The notes under the pieces are model-generated. The model was not told the origin of the DNA. It did not search any database and was given only the letters and a program-made list of their open reading frames with translations. A DNA stretch of 64,000 nucleotides from Trypanosoma brucei. Lineage: Eukaryota. The stretch lies in assembly GCA_000002445.1 (NCBI GenBank), contig CH464491.1, positions 1,888,001 to 1,952,000 on the forward strand. Reading direction: 5' to 3'. The translations under genes and the position numbers were made by a program. Below are positions 30,715 to 41,900 of this stretch, one piece after another; position 1 is the first letter of the stretch; every line of letters begins with the position of its first letter.

Positions 30715-33700
30715 TTACGGTGTTGCTTCCTTCGCTTGCTTTATCATTGCTTCTTTCAGTTTCGCAGCCTTCTTTTGCTTGGATTGCTTTGCCTGCTCCC
30801 TTTTCCGCTGGAGTGCCGCCTTACGTCTACTGGGTGTGCGCTGCCAGCTTGCCTGGAAGAAGTGTGGCAAAACCCGCACTTGTTCAACCGGAGGCAACGA
30901 GTCATCGAAGAGGAGACATTCAGACGCACATCGCACGAGACTGTTGTGAAACGATGACACCGTCAGTTGCTCTGGGTTGCGTACACGACTCATGGCGACG
31001 TATAACAAATGATCACAGGGCCACATGCGGGACAGTTCGAGATGGACACGACCGGCAAGCGTTAGTCCCTGCACCTTATGAACGGTGAAGGCATATGCTA
31101 AACTAAGGGGCAGGGATACGATGCCTACATGGTAGTGGTTCGTGTTTGACAGCCCTCCAACTGAGAAAAGAACGGGTGGGACAACAATCACGCGCCCCCC
31201 TCCGAAATCTACCTCGGGTGCAAACGCAGTGGTGAAGCCGTGCTCGTACCGTAGGTACTCGGCGTAATTTTCAACTGCGGCTATCCTTCCTGGTGTGTTT
31301 ACAAATCGCGGAAGGTGCTTTGCACTAAGTTCTTTGAACCCGACAACTACACCAAGACTACCATTTACGAGACCTGGGGCGAGGTTTGTACGCAACATCA
31401 CTTTAGCACCCTTCTTGAGGCGTAGCGGAGACGCCATGGGGTGAAGCTCTGCATATCGCGTTAGCGTGTAATCGTCTGCATCGGTATGCAGTCCGTCAGG
31501 TGAGTCAAGGATTTCTCTCAAGAAAACCCCAAGCCCACACGCCGGAAGCCATGTTTCCAAACCACGCAGATGCAGCGCAAGGTCCCGCATGTCCTTCTCA
31601 CTCATGTCTTGTGGTATACGAACTCGAAATGCGAAGGCATCAACAAACAGTTTGTACAGCACAATGTACCGCTGACCTACAACCGGTAGCGTATAATCAC
31701 TGGCATAAGGTGTTTTCTGAAGGAAATCAAGCACATACTGCTCTAGCGCCCTGGTTAACTTATGCGTATCTATCATTTTCGTGTCTTTCACCACAGCCTC
31801 CAGTATATATGTTGCAGTCCACCGTCCAACCAGTGATGGAGCTTGCATTTGTGCGGGATATACGACAAGATCACTGGGAAGCTTGTCCAGCTCTGCTTGA
31901 TTCACCTCATCCACTTCCTTGTTCGTGGGGAGCAACTTCACCGCGCCCTTTCCCTCACCCTCTAACCATTTCGCTGTTTCTGGTGGGGATAGGAATTGAA
32001 CCGTGTCTTGCAGATCATGCGGCACTGTACCCCGTCGCAATTCCTGTAACTGCTGGGCGAAAATACTACTCCCTTCCTGCCGCACAACCCGCTGGAGCTT
32101 GAGCATTGCAAAATTACGGCGGAACACTGACGAGTGGACAAGCGATACGGAACAGATCGCACCCAGTTGGAGGAAATCACCAGACAAGATAACTTGCACG
32201 CCACCGAAAGGTAAATCCACACCGTTCGCCCGGCGGAGCTGGAATTCAAGTGACTCAAATAGCTCCTTTGATAGCATGGAAACCTCATCTATGATAATCA
32301 CATCGAACTCCTTCAACTCCGCTCGCCGTGTAAACTCACCATACACATTCACACCGAAGCAGTGATGTAGCGTTGCCCCATTCAAACGCCTTGCTGCTAT
32401 GCCTGTTGTCGCTGTGGTTGCTACCGTAAGGCCTCGGCTGACAAGTTCTTGCCTTATTACCCGCAGAAGAAGAGACTTTCCAGTCCCTGCCCCTCCACCA
32501 ATATACGTGTTGTAGCCGCGAAGCACAAAGTCTACTACACGCCTCTGTTCTTCGTTTAAGTCAGGGTAGCCAAGCAACCGTTCATGGTATGTCATTTCAC
32601 CGTTTATAGCAACCTCATCGCCAGCCGGGTTCGCCTCTTCCGTTTTCGTGTCGGGTTCTCCCTTAGTAACGTTTGCCACGCACGAACGCTTCACACGCTG
32701 GTAGTGCAGCTGTAGCAGCTCATGAACTCGGGATATCATCTCTTCCATAGGCTGGTCTTTTAGCAGTACGTGTTGTAATTGGTTAAAAAGGGAACTACGC
32801 CACGCAGATGGCCAACTAACCTCTTTCTCACGGAGTTTATCACGAAACTCCACCAGTGCATGCGGATCAACTACGGAAAGCTCCTTCTCACTGGAACGAA
32901 CTCCTACACCAAGTACAGAGAGCGCGCGGATACTGGCCGACGAGCTTTTCACTACCCGCTGAGTAAAAATATTGTACACAAGCGTGTCCCCTTCTTCCCA
33001 AGTAACGGTGCTACTGCTTCTCGCTAAAGGTGATTGTGCCACAACCACCGGTTGTTGCTGAACATATATCTGCTTTTCCTTAGTATCGGCAAGAGGGGCT
33101 GCGACCGTATCAGCCTCCAGTTTAACTAATATTTTCCTAGCCGGCCGTGATCCAAGAGAATATCCCTCTTGGTTTGCATTGCTGTGGCGTCCACATTCCC
33201 CACTACTACTCAGCACCCGGGCTATTGTACCAACCAACGTGTTGGAAGAGTCGGGAGGTTTATCACATTTTCCAGGAGTTCCCGTCCCAACCGAGTCAGC
33301 AGCAGCACCACCGCGTGTGGCTCGCCTAACGACACAAATGAGCGGCGGTTTCTCCACAGGAGGTCCAGGCGGAAGCGCTACCGTAGGAGCAGCTGCAACT
33401 CCGGATGTACTAACACCACTAACCTCAGCAACATCGACTGAGCTATTAATCCCACCAGCACCAACACCACCGCATCCAGTGGCAATGGTTGCGATACTTC
33501 TGCTTCCATGCCGTATGGGCACATCACCAGGCGTTGTCCAGCCGTTTAATGATCGTACATGTTGGCACCGACGAAGTCCAGCAGGGCTGGAGCCATGCCA
33601 CGTTCCCACGCTTGATGATGCGGTAACGGCGCAAGGCTCTTGCCCCGAAACCTGAGGAGGGTGACGTGAGAGCCGAACGGCTGAGGTGCGACACTTTGAC

Positions 33701-33861
33701 ATCCACGACGGTACCGCAATCAGTGATAACGGGGTAGACAACAATCGCGACTGGACGTGGCGGTTGTGGGAAGCTGGGAACAATTTTTCGTCGAGAAGCC
33801 TATGGTGGGAGGTGCGCATGAACCGCCCTAAACTGCTCCAAACTACCGTCTTTGAAGACAT
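30715..33861 (-). CDS. PIF1-family 5'-3' DNA helicase, tandem paralog of the previous gene (TbPIF2-like). Long low-complexity N-terminal extension.
   Basis: Walker [24 protein letters not shown]. Motifs [112 protein letters not shown]-terminus [23 protein letters not shown].. is presequence-like. Confidence 0.9.
30965..31124. repeat. Partner copy of the 160-nt near-identical tract (in PIF1-like gene B).
   Basis: See 27275..27434. Encodes the shared peptide [20 protein letters not shown](V/A)[13 protein letters not shown](E/D)[16 protein letters not shown]. Confidence 0.9.
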
Positions 33862-35243
33862 TGGTCCGACTGCACTATCACCGCAAACTGCTGTGGTTTA
33901 CTTGAAAAACAAACCCCAAACCACACGCTCACGTTAACCCGCTTTCTTTCCTCTTCTCCACGTGTCTTTCTTTTGTTTGCTTTCACACACCCTCCTCAGC
34001 TCTACGCCGATGTCTTAAGGTGTTAAATTCCGTTGTTTCTCTTTATTCCTTCTCCAATCTCACAGTCTTCCTGTATTTTCTTTTCTGTTTTTCTCTTCAC
34101 GGTAGCACGTCTGTCTCTTTTCCACTGCACACACCTTTGAATTGGGAATTTGTGAGTTAACCCGTCTGAGGAGATTATTTGAAAAAGGTACGGCCGCGAC
34201 ACGAAGTAACAATTTTAAAAATTCGGCCGTCTTATATATATACAAATGTAAATAAATAAATATATATATATATCTATGTCACTTCTATAAAAGATATGTG
34301 TCTATGAGCGTATGACGGGAGGTGCTGACTCGTGCCCTTCTTTCTTTTTTTACTTTGTTTCTCCACGAATAGGTGTACAAAACTCACACACCTTTTCCCC
34401 GTTATCCTCTGCCTCCTCCTTCGTCCCTTTTAATTTGAATGAAGGAGGAGGCAGAGAGTTTGTGCGGGTCTCTGAGTCTATATGGAGCCGCACAGCTTGT
34501 CGCCTGCGGCTGTCCGTGGGTGCGTTGGTGGTAGTAGTGGTGAGAATCCACTCTTACCTTTTTTCCCTCTTCTCGGACTGCGCTCTGTTTTACGCAGTTA
34601 CAGCTCCTACCCATGCACAATTATTGTTACTAACCCCTCTGTTGAGTGGGTTGCGGTCAAATGCAGTTCCTACCGCCTCCTGAGGGCTGCGGTATCACCA
34701 CTCGCCGCTGGAGCCTATATACACTGTTTCCGTTTATTTATTTATTGTTGTTGTTGTTCAAAAACAAATGAGGATAAACAGAGGCAAGAAGGTATATTTG
34801 CAGGTGGAGATTAAACAAAGCTGAGTGATGAGACAAAGAGTGGTCAATTTGCAGAGTACACATGAAACAACACCGCGGCCCCTTAGAAAGTCAAGCAAAA
34901 GTAGTCATAATCAAAGCAAATTCAACGCTTTTATTACACAAATGTAAACGTACTTTTGCCTCTCCCTTCCATTTGAGGGGGAATACGTATGTTTACAGCT
35001 AGTCTCCTCCAAATCTTATTAAAACAACTGAATGCCACGAAACGGTACACGCGGTTACAAAAAAGCAACAATGATACGGCGTTTGCACTTCACACTAAAA
35101 GCAACATTCTGTACATGAAGCATACCTCTCGGGAGTTCAAAAAAAAAAAAAACAAGAATCGGGAATAGATACCCCAATACGAGGAAAATTAAGGAACGAA
35201 AATTCAAAGTAATAGACCCCAAAACAGCTCCACACACGCACAT

Positions 35244-35280
35244 ATATGTATATATATATATATATATATGTATATACATA
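35244..35280. repeat. (TA)n / TA-rich microsatellite.
   Basis: atatatgtatatatatatatatatatatgtatatacata. Confidence 0.85.
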
Positions 35281-35629
35281 TGTGCGTGAGACGAGAGAAA
35301 CGAAAAAGAAAAATAACCCCAAAAGTGATGTGAACTCTAGAAGTGGGAGCGTAGCAACGCTTAGCGCATGGTGGAGCTATGTTAGACCACAACTTTAACG
35401 CCTTTCTACCTTTGCTCAACCATTTGCAACAACAACATGTACAATTTTCAATTCCCGCGTGTGCTTTTCCTACACGTTTAATCGGTTTGTTTAACGGTAA
35501 CACCACTGGTCATGCTATATTTGCGGGGAAATGGGTACGCACGGGACTTCTCCCAATATTAAAAGATAAGGTGTAATTAACATGCAAACAACCAAGGAAG
35601 TAGACCTCCATCGAGGACATGTGGAGGTG

Positions 35630-38380
35630 TCAAACGGCAGGTGTTGCTTCCGCCCTTTCCTCACTCTCACGTCCAAAACATTGCGATGCGGCACCAGAAA
35701 CGGAAGCCCTCGCCCGCTTTTTCACGAACTTCGCAAATGTGAGAATGCTGTCAAGTTGCATCACCGAAAGCGCGTTCACAACGTAACCTGGAAGTAAACC
35801 CTCGGGGTCAGCTGCTATACATCGGGTCACTCGCACTCCTTCCAGACCATCATCACCAACTGCTACTTCAGCTAACACACCAAATGCGAAAACACGCGCA
35901 CGTACGAAACCTGCTAAAGTTGGTACCTCACTCGGAGCATCCACAGAAGTATGTAGAAACATGGGTTTACCTCCTTCGAGACCCATGGCAACGCGCTGAT
36001 CTTCGCTTGGGTAGAACGAGACGGCGGTACGTGTCACGACATCACGCGCCGAAATTCCCCAAAAAGGGGAACTAAACTTTGTGTGATAAATGTGAACGTC
36101 GGAAGATACCTTTCTCACCAGCACTTTTGCCTCCACCATGTTGTCCATTACACTAACCAAATGAGGGTCATTCACAACTGAATCCACATCCGCCAGGGTG
36201 GCTCGAGGAATGTGTACGACCACCTTTACCGCCTTTTTATCCGACCACTGCGTGTCTGCAGTCCACAGCGTCGCCCCTTTCTTTTGCGACACAAAATCCC
36301 ACTTGCACTTCAAGAAAATTTCCTTGATCACATATTCGGCTATCTGCAGTGCACCATTGTTTTCCTCACACTTGGGAATGTTCTCTGCTACCCCATCCTG
36401 CACATGTGCTGGGGGAGTGGTGCACACCGCAGAGCGGACAGGAGACACATGCAACGATGTGGTGCGCTGTCGGTCTTCTTTCGGTACCGCCGTGCGGATT
36501 TCAGCACCACTTGTACCGAGTAGCTCCACTATGGCATCCGCCTTACACGATAGTTGTTTAGTCAACTCGTGACGCGTACTTTCCGGAAGGTTAGTACTTG
36601 AAGTTATGGTATAGCAAGCGCGCAACCTAAGAGATCCGTCTTCACGCTCGGACCCAGCAATGTCGTAACTCCACGTTAGCAGGCCCTCATCTTTGGCAAA
36701 TCCAAGTAAGGAAGGCAGTGTGATGGGTGTTCTCATCGATTTGATGGCGGGGTCTGCTGAAGGTGGCGACTCCGCACTGCTCTCGGCGCCAGCCAAACTC
36801 TGCACTGCGCTTTGCTCTCCTTGCTGTGGTCCCACCGGGAAGTCAAGTCCACAGGAAGCATTCGTATCCGTACGCAGCGACTCCCGTGCACCGGCCAACA
36901 TGTACACTGTAGAGAGAGTGAACTCGCTTCCATCTTTAGTGCTTACAAGTGTTTGACGACTCAGCGTTTTGTTGCATCGGAAGAAATAGTTCCCCTGCCT
37001 CTCGCTACGCACTGCGTTAGCCAGTACGGCCTGTAGCGAGTTTACACTCCCCTGGGGGACATCAACCTCGACAAAGATCGTTGTCGTGTTCGTTGTGCCA
37101 CTTCTCTCCCAGGCTCCGCTGTCTCCCACCAAGCCGTCTCCCCGCAGCCATTCACGCGACCGTAGTGAAGGCGTTGATGGTTGGCGGTTTGCAAGTGAAT
37201 TGCGGTCGCAGCGTTCACCGAAGAAGGCGGTACCCCCTGCCGCTGCATTCGCTTCCCGTCGAACTGGACTCCCGGAATTGTGTCCGGAAAAGGCTCCGGT
37301 GCACACGTTACTACCCGACGAAAGCAGCGAGTAATTGAACCCACAACTCGCTGCAGACTCAGTTTTGGAGGAAAGGGGCTTCGTTCTTCTGACCAGTGGA
37401 GTCCCTATTAGCCGCCTGAATCCTGTGTGAAGGAGTGATGCAATTATCAGCGGCGGTATCACGTGCTCAAAAATATTAATCAACGTCCACTGCGGTGCCA
37501 ACCACACGACAAGCCAATGCAGACACACAACCCCAGACACGAAATGGATAACGTTTTTAGATACATTCATGACGAGAAAATTCGTCACATAAAGTATCCT
37601 AGCCTTCCCTTCCCTTTCTTCCTTTTCAGTCATAAACTGCCGACACCGCAGTAAACCCATTACCAGGGAAATGATAAAAATAAACGACCACTGCAATACT
37701 TGACACCACCACCCAGCAGCCACAACGGTCACATACGCAGCGGTCTCGAAAGGATGGGTCCAATCCCACATTTCCATGATACGTATGAGGCAGGCATCGT
37801 AGGCATCTGCGCTACTTCCCCCTTGTACGGGAAGACACGTGAACTGGGGGCTCGCACTCAGGTCGGAGAGTGGCGAGTACTCAGTTGCATTTTCCCACGC
37901 TAGATGGCTTCCCCCAATTCCTGTCCAGTTGGGGCAAACGGGGGAGCGCTGAAATGGGCTCAACTCACTCCCCTGATGTCCAATGGAGGAGGCGCTGCTC
38001 TGCTGGGAAACTCCAAGGCCCCAATTCCCGCCGCACGGAGGCATCCCCTTTGCCTTCAACTCATCCCAATCCCTCATGATTTCATCCCGTGAGTCAGACG
38101 TGGCCAACACCAGTCGCATACGGGGGCCTGTACTTTCCTCAGCAATGTTTCTCCCACTACCATCCGTCATCGACTGATAGTCTACCCGATTGGATGAGCG
38201 AATGATGCGATATTTCTTGAGATCCGCTTCACCGTAAAACAAGCGGTGGACGATTCGCTTGTTCTTTCGCATTCCCTCACAGGTGCGCTCTTGCACGCAT
38301 AACTGCATCTGAGGGCCTCCGGCAATAACTTCCCATGAGCGGAAAGACCTGGAAGGTACCGGGTGGTGTAGGATAGTCAT
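35630..38380 (-). CDS. Multi-pass membrane protein with a C-terminal START/Bet-v1-like (lipid-binding) domain. Otherwise hypothetical.
   Basis: 916 aa. Several hydrophobic helices in the N-terminal third (e.g. VVAAGWWCQVLQWSFIFIISLVMGLL; IHFVSGVVCLHWLVVWLAP). The C-terminal ~220 aa carry START-like features (KCKWDFVSQKKGATLWTADTQW...; FWGISARDVVTRTAVSF...; GYVVNALSVMQLDSILTFAKFVKK). The domain assignment is tentative. Confidence 0.55.
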   Translation of the reverse strand: MTILHHPVPSRSFRSWEVIAGGPQMQLCVQERTCEGMRKNKRIVHRLFYGEADLKKYRIIRSSNRVDYQSMTDGSGRNIAEESTGPRMRLVLATSDSRDEIMRDWDELKAKGMPPCGGNWGLGVSQQSSASSIGHQGSELSPFQRSPVCPNWTGIGGSHLAWENATEYSPLSDLSASPQFTCLPVQGGSSADAYDACLIRIMEMWDWTHPFETAAYVTVVAAGWWCQVLQWSFIFIISLVMGLLRCRQFMTEKEEREGKARILYVTNFLVMNVSKNVIHFVSGVVCLHWLVVWLAPQWTLINIFEHVIPPLIIASLLHTGFRRLIGTPLVRRTKPLSSKTESAASCGFNYSLLSSGSNVCTGAFSGHNSGSPVRREANAAAGGTAFFGERCDRNSLANRQPSTPSLRSREWLRGDGLVGDSGAWERSGTTNTTTIFVEVDVPQGSVNSLQAVLANAVRSERQGNYFFRCNKTLSRQTLVSTKDGSEFTLSTVYMLAGARESLRTDTNASCGLDFPVGPQQGEQSAVQSLAGAESSAESPPSADPAIKSMRTPITLPSLLGFAKDEGLLTWSYDIAGSEREDGSLRLRACYTITSSTNLPESTRHELTKQLSCKADAIVELLGTSGAEIRTAVPKEDRQRTTSLHVSPVRSAVCTTPPAHVQDGVAENIPKCEENNGALQIAEYVIKEIFLKCKWDFVSQKKGATLWTADTQWSDKKAVKVVVHIPRATLADVDSVVNDPHLVSVMDNMVEAKVLVRKVSSDVHIYHTKFSSPFWGISARDVVTRTAVSFYPSEDQRVAMGLEGGKPMFLHTSVDAPSEVPTLAGFVRARVFAFGVLAEVAVGDDGLEGVRVTRCIAADPEGLLPGYVVNALSVMQLDSILTFAKFVKKRARASVSGAASQCFGRESEERAEATPAV

Positions 38381-38941
38381 TCGGTGCCTCAGCTATCTCT
38401 TACTCCTTCACTACCCAGTCTGCATAATACAAGTTAAAGAAAATTGGACGTGTGGCAGCGAGAGACACAGGAAGCAAGTGATAGTTCGAAACGAGTTACA
38501 AGTATTTAATAGTGAACAACCCAGTTGGGTCACGTTGTCCAACGTTCTACTGGCTGCGGTTGGCACAATGAGGTAAACACAAGGTGTCGCAACGGCAACA
38601 ACGAAGACGAAGGGTGAGGAAAAATGAAAACACATCCTTGAGCGACAAATAGCAGTAATAACAAAAAAAGGAGTGTTCGGCCACATGCAGAAGGGGGAGG
38701 GGGGGGGGGAACGCAAATGTTTGTATGTGTACATCCGTGCACAATGTACAGTTACCCTCGTCCCCTCACCTCTAGTTACAACGTCTAATATACATTTTCA
38801 TTCCTACGACTTGCACGACGTACTGGAAACACGTCCACACGGGTAAAAACGGACGATTAACTGTAGGCGGTGAGCGACGTAAAACATGGTGTAGTGGTTG
38901 TGACGATAGGAAGAACACCGCCAACTTGTCACTCTCCCCAA

Positions 38942-41900
38942 TTATGTGTCGGATCCGTCATGCTTCGATTGGGGTAGGTGCTGCGACATAACCATCGCCA
39001 GACCCTCACTCCTGTGAGCCAGTGGGCGGAAAACACCCTTCATCAGGAATTTTTCCAACCTCTGTTCAAACGGAATAAGCGGATTAGGCTGATTGAAGTG
39101 ACACAACACGCACAAGAATTCGAGGAACCCATCATACAAAAGAAGGAAGAATTCCTTCACTTTAGTCGCCGATGCTCCCTCGAGTGTCGGGTCAAGGATG
39201 CTGACATTGCCACGGCGCCGCACAACGGGCACATCCCGCGGTCTCGAATCGTTCTCTCGGCGCCTCTCCTCCAGTAGCGCCTCATCAACCTTCTTGGACA
39301 CGCAGCAGGCCTTGAACAGGTCTGTGATGACGCTCTGGGAGATCTCAGAACTTGTTAACGCCGCATCACGGAGCATTTGAACGACCTGGTCCTTCTCTAT
39401 TCCTACGAGGCCACAAATATCTCTGGAGTACGTTGTGTGCAATACCTGCAAGACCTTGTTATGTCGCACCAAAACTTCATGTGCTCTGGCGTTGGCCCGG
39501 ATAGCCTTCATGATAGATGAAGGACGAATCATTGTCTCACCTACTTGGTGTGGGACCACCTGTCTAAAGTGAAAATCCCTGAGAGCGTCGCCAAGCCACG
39601 TAATGGTTGGTTCTGACTCGTTCTCTCCCTCCCCACCACCGCCTCGGTACACGGAAGGATACATCTCGTGGATGAGGAGAACTAACGCTGCAACGAACTC
39701 GGGAAAGAACATCTCATCGGAGAAATACGATAAAGGCATAGTTGAATACCCTGCGTCAGCCGGGTTAGGCTCTTCGAGTCTCGTATCCACGTCGACAAGC
39801 GAAGACATAACCATACAAAAGATATTTGTCACCTGCTCCAGATCTAACAGCGACGTCTCTGGGTCGTCAGGCGAAACGAGACCCACATCCATCAGTAGCA
39901 AACGCCAACTACCAAGATCGATCGCCGGCATAGCGCAGGTGTGTGAAAGCTTAGCACGCTGCAGAAATAGTTGCATGAGATCCGAACCACATGTTTCAAA
40001 CGACTTCAGAAGGCTTCCCTTGTTTTTAGTGGTGAAGAATCCTTCCGTGTTCCACTCATCTTCGGTCCACTCACCGACGCACTTCAAAACCCCAGTACCA
40101 ACTGCTGCGCGTATGGCGGCTTCTCTATCACGGAACATGGCCCGAATGCACGGTAATTCATCGGGAAAGACCCAGTCACCAACACGGTAAAGGCCAGCCT
40201 GCAGCGCGGCAACTGAACTCCGCCCCCCGGTGTATATTCCACGACTCATTCCACTGTAGGTGCGTACGGGAACAAGGCATGAAAGAATAATGTGCCAGCG
40301 ATGCTCCTGCAAGGACCGCTGCAAAGCAAGACCGAGGGTCCCAAGCATGTAAGCAAGATCGGGTGAGTCGAACGCCGTGCTAGGCCAGAAGTTACCGCGC
40401 AATATATAGGGATGCGCCATAGTGTTAATCAGCGGTTGGCAGTGCTTCAAGAAAAGTTGCCAAGGGCTTCGCTCGTCTTCTTCCAACTGGGCCAGAAATT
40501 TTCGTGCGAGGTGTTTCCCCTCATCTTCTAGTGGAAGTTGATCATCAGCCTGCGAATCAGAAAGTGGTACTGGTGAATCACTTTTAGTACTATCGGTTGA
40601 TTGCGTGTACGTGCCTTTGCTAAGAAGGTACATCATTGCGTCTCGTTCAATCATTGCACTTTGCTTCGCCTTATGGTTGAAGGGGTGCGAAAATCGTACG
40701 TACAACAGCGCGACTAAGGTTATTGTTGCACTTGTATCACCACGTGCCAGCGCGTGCGGGTCGATTATCTCATGCAAATCCACACGGTCAACGGGGGGCG
40801 GGGGCGTCATGCCAACAGCCTTCAGTGTTAGGTCATAAATGTGGTCCATGCGCTTCTGCACCATTGCATCTCCTGGTTGTCCGCCGGATGCCAGTAGCTC
40901 CCTTGCAAAGTGAAGCAATGCTGACATTCGATTCACTGACTTCATGCTCAGTAGATCACCGAAGCAGTCAGAGTATGTGGGAAAGGGTGTCTCCAGTTGA
41001 ACACGTTCGTGCATCAGCAGTCGCCGCCTTTGCTCCGGGAAATTACGACCCTCATTCCCTCCATGCTGACCCAAGTTGTTTGCATCGGTTGCTGTTTTGT
41101 TTTGGTAGCGAGGAAGGGCAAGATAAAACAGTAAACGACTAAGTAAAACACCGCTGCGTGCCTCTTGAGAGAAGCTGTAAAAGCGTGTGGAAAGGGCTCC
41201 ACCCTTTAAGTCGTCCAGCGACTCCAGGTCGTCAAGGCAGTTATTTGCCCAATCTCGTAATATTGTCTGAGAATCTGGCATAAAACGTGTGGAGGAGAGG
41301 ACAATGGGGGCCAATTTCCCATATAAGCGTTCCGCCTCTGCGCCTGGGGGTCCCGATGACAAACGGGACATGCCCTTACGGTAGTCGTCTTCCTCAACCT
41401 CACCGGTTGGTGATTGTCCTCTTTGTCTTTGCCCCGCACTCCCTACCCTGTCTCCACAGGAAGTTGTTTTGCTGGAGGCGTTCGTTACAACAGAGTTACC
41501 ACTACTTGGGAGAGCAGGGACAGGACTGGTACAGACTTTTCTTGAAGCCTGCTTCTGACGTGAGCCTCGGGAGTCATCGACCAACTCCGATAACGCTGTC
41601 GATGCACCGCAAATGTCTCCAATTACACGCAAAACAGTGCGTTGCCACGGCCGCTGCTCCTGGCATCGCAATCGGGATTTCAGTTGCGTATTGCGCCGCT
41701 CTAGTTCCCGTATATCGAGTTCTCTTTCCTGCACGATGTTGCAGTAGTGTAGTCGCATTTCTTCCGATTCCCGGAGACTTTCCTCCAAGCTGTAAACCTT
41801 TTCTTTTAAGGATTCATTCTCACGCTCCAGCTTCTGAATAATACGGTTCTGAACTGCTATCCCTTCACGCAGGTGCCCGCTGATTTTCTCCATGTCGTAT

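Noticed and set aside
31500-32102. Plus-strand 200-aa ORF antisense to PIF1-like gene B. Similar antisense ORFs at 39603..40190, 41287..41841, 18798..19220 and 61839..62552.
   Set aside because: All lie wholly inside strong minus-strand CDSs with clear domain motifs. Antisense open frames are expected in long GC3-biased genes. No motifs seen.
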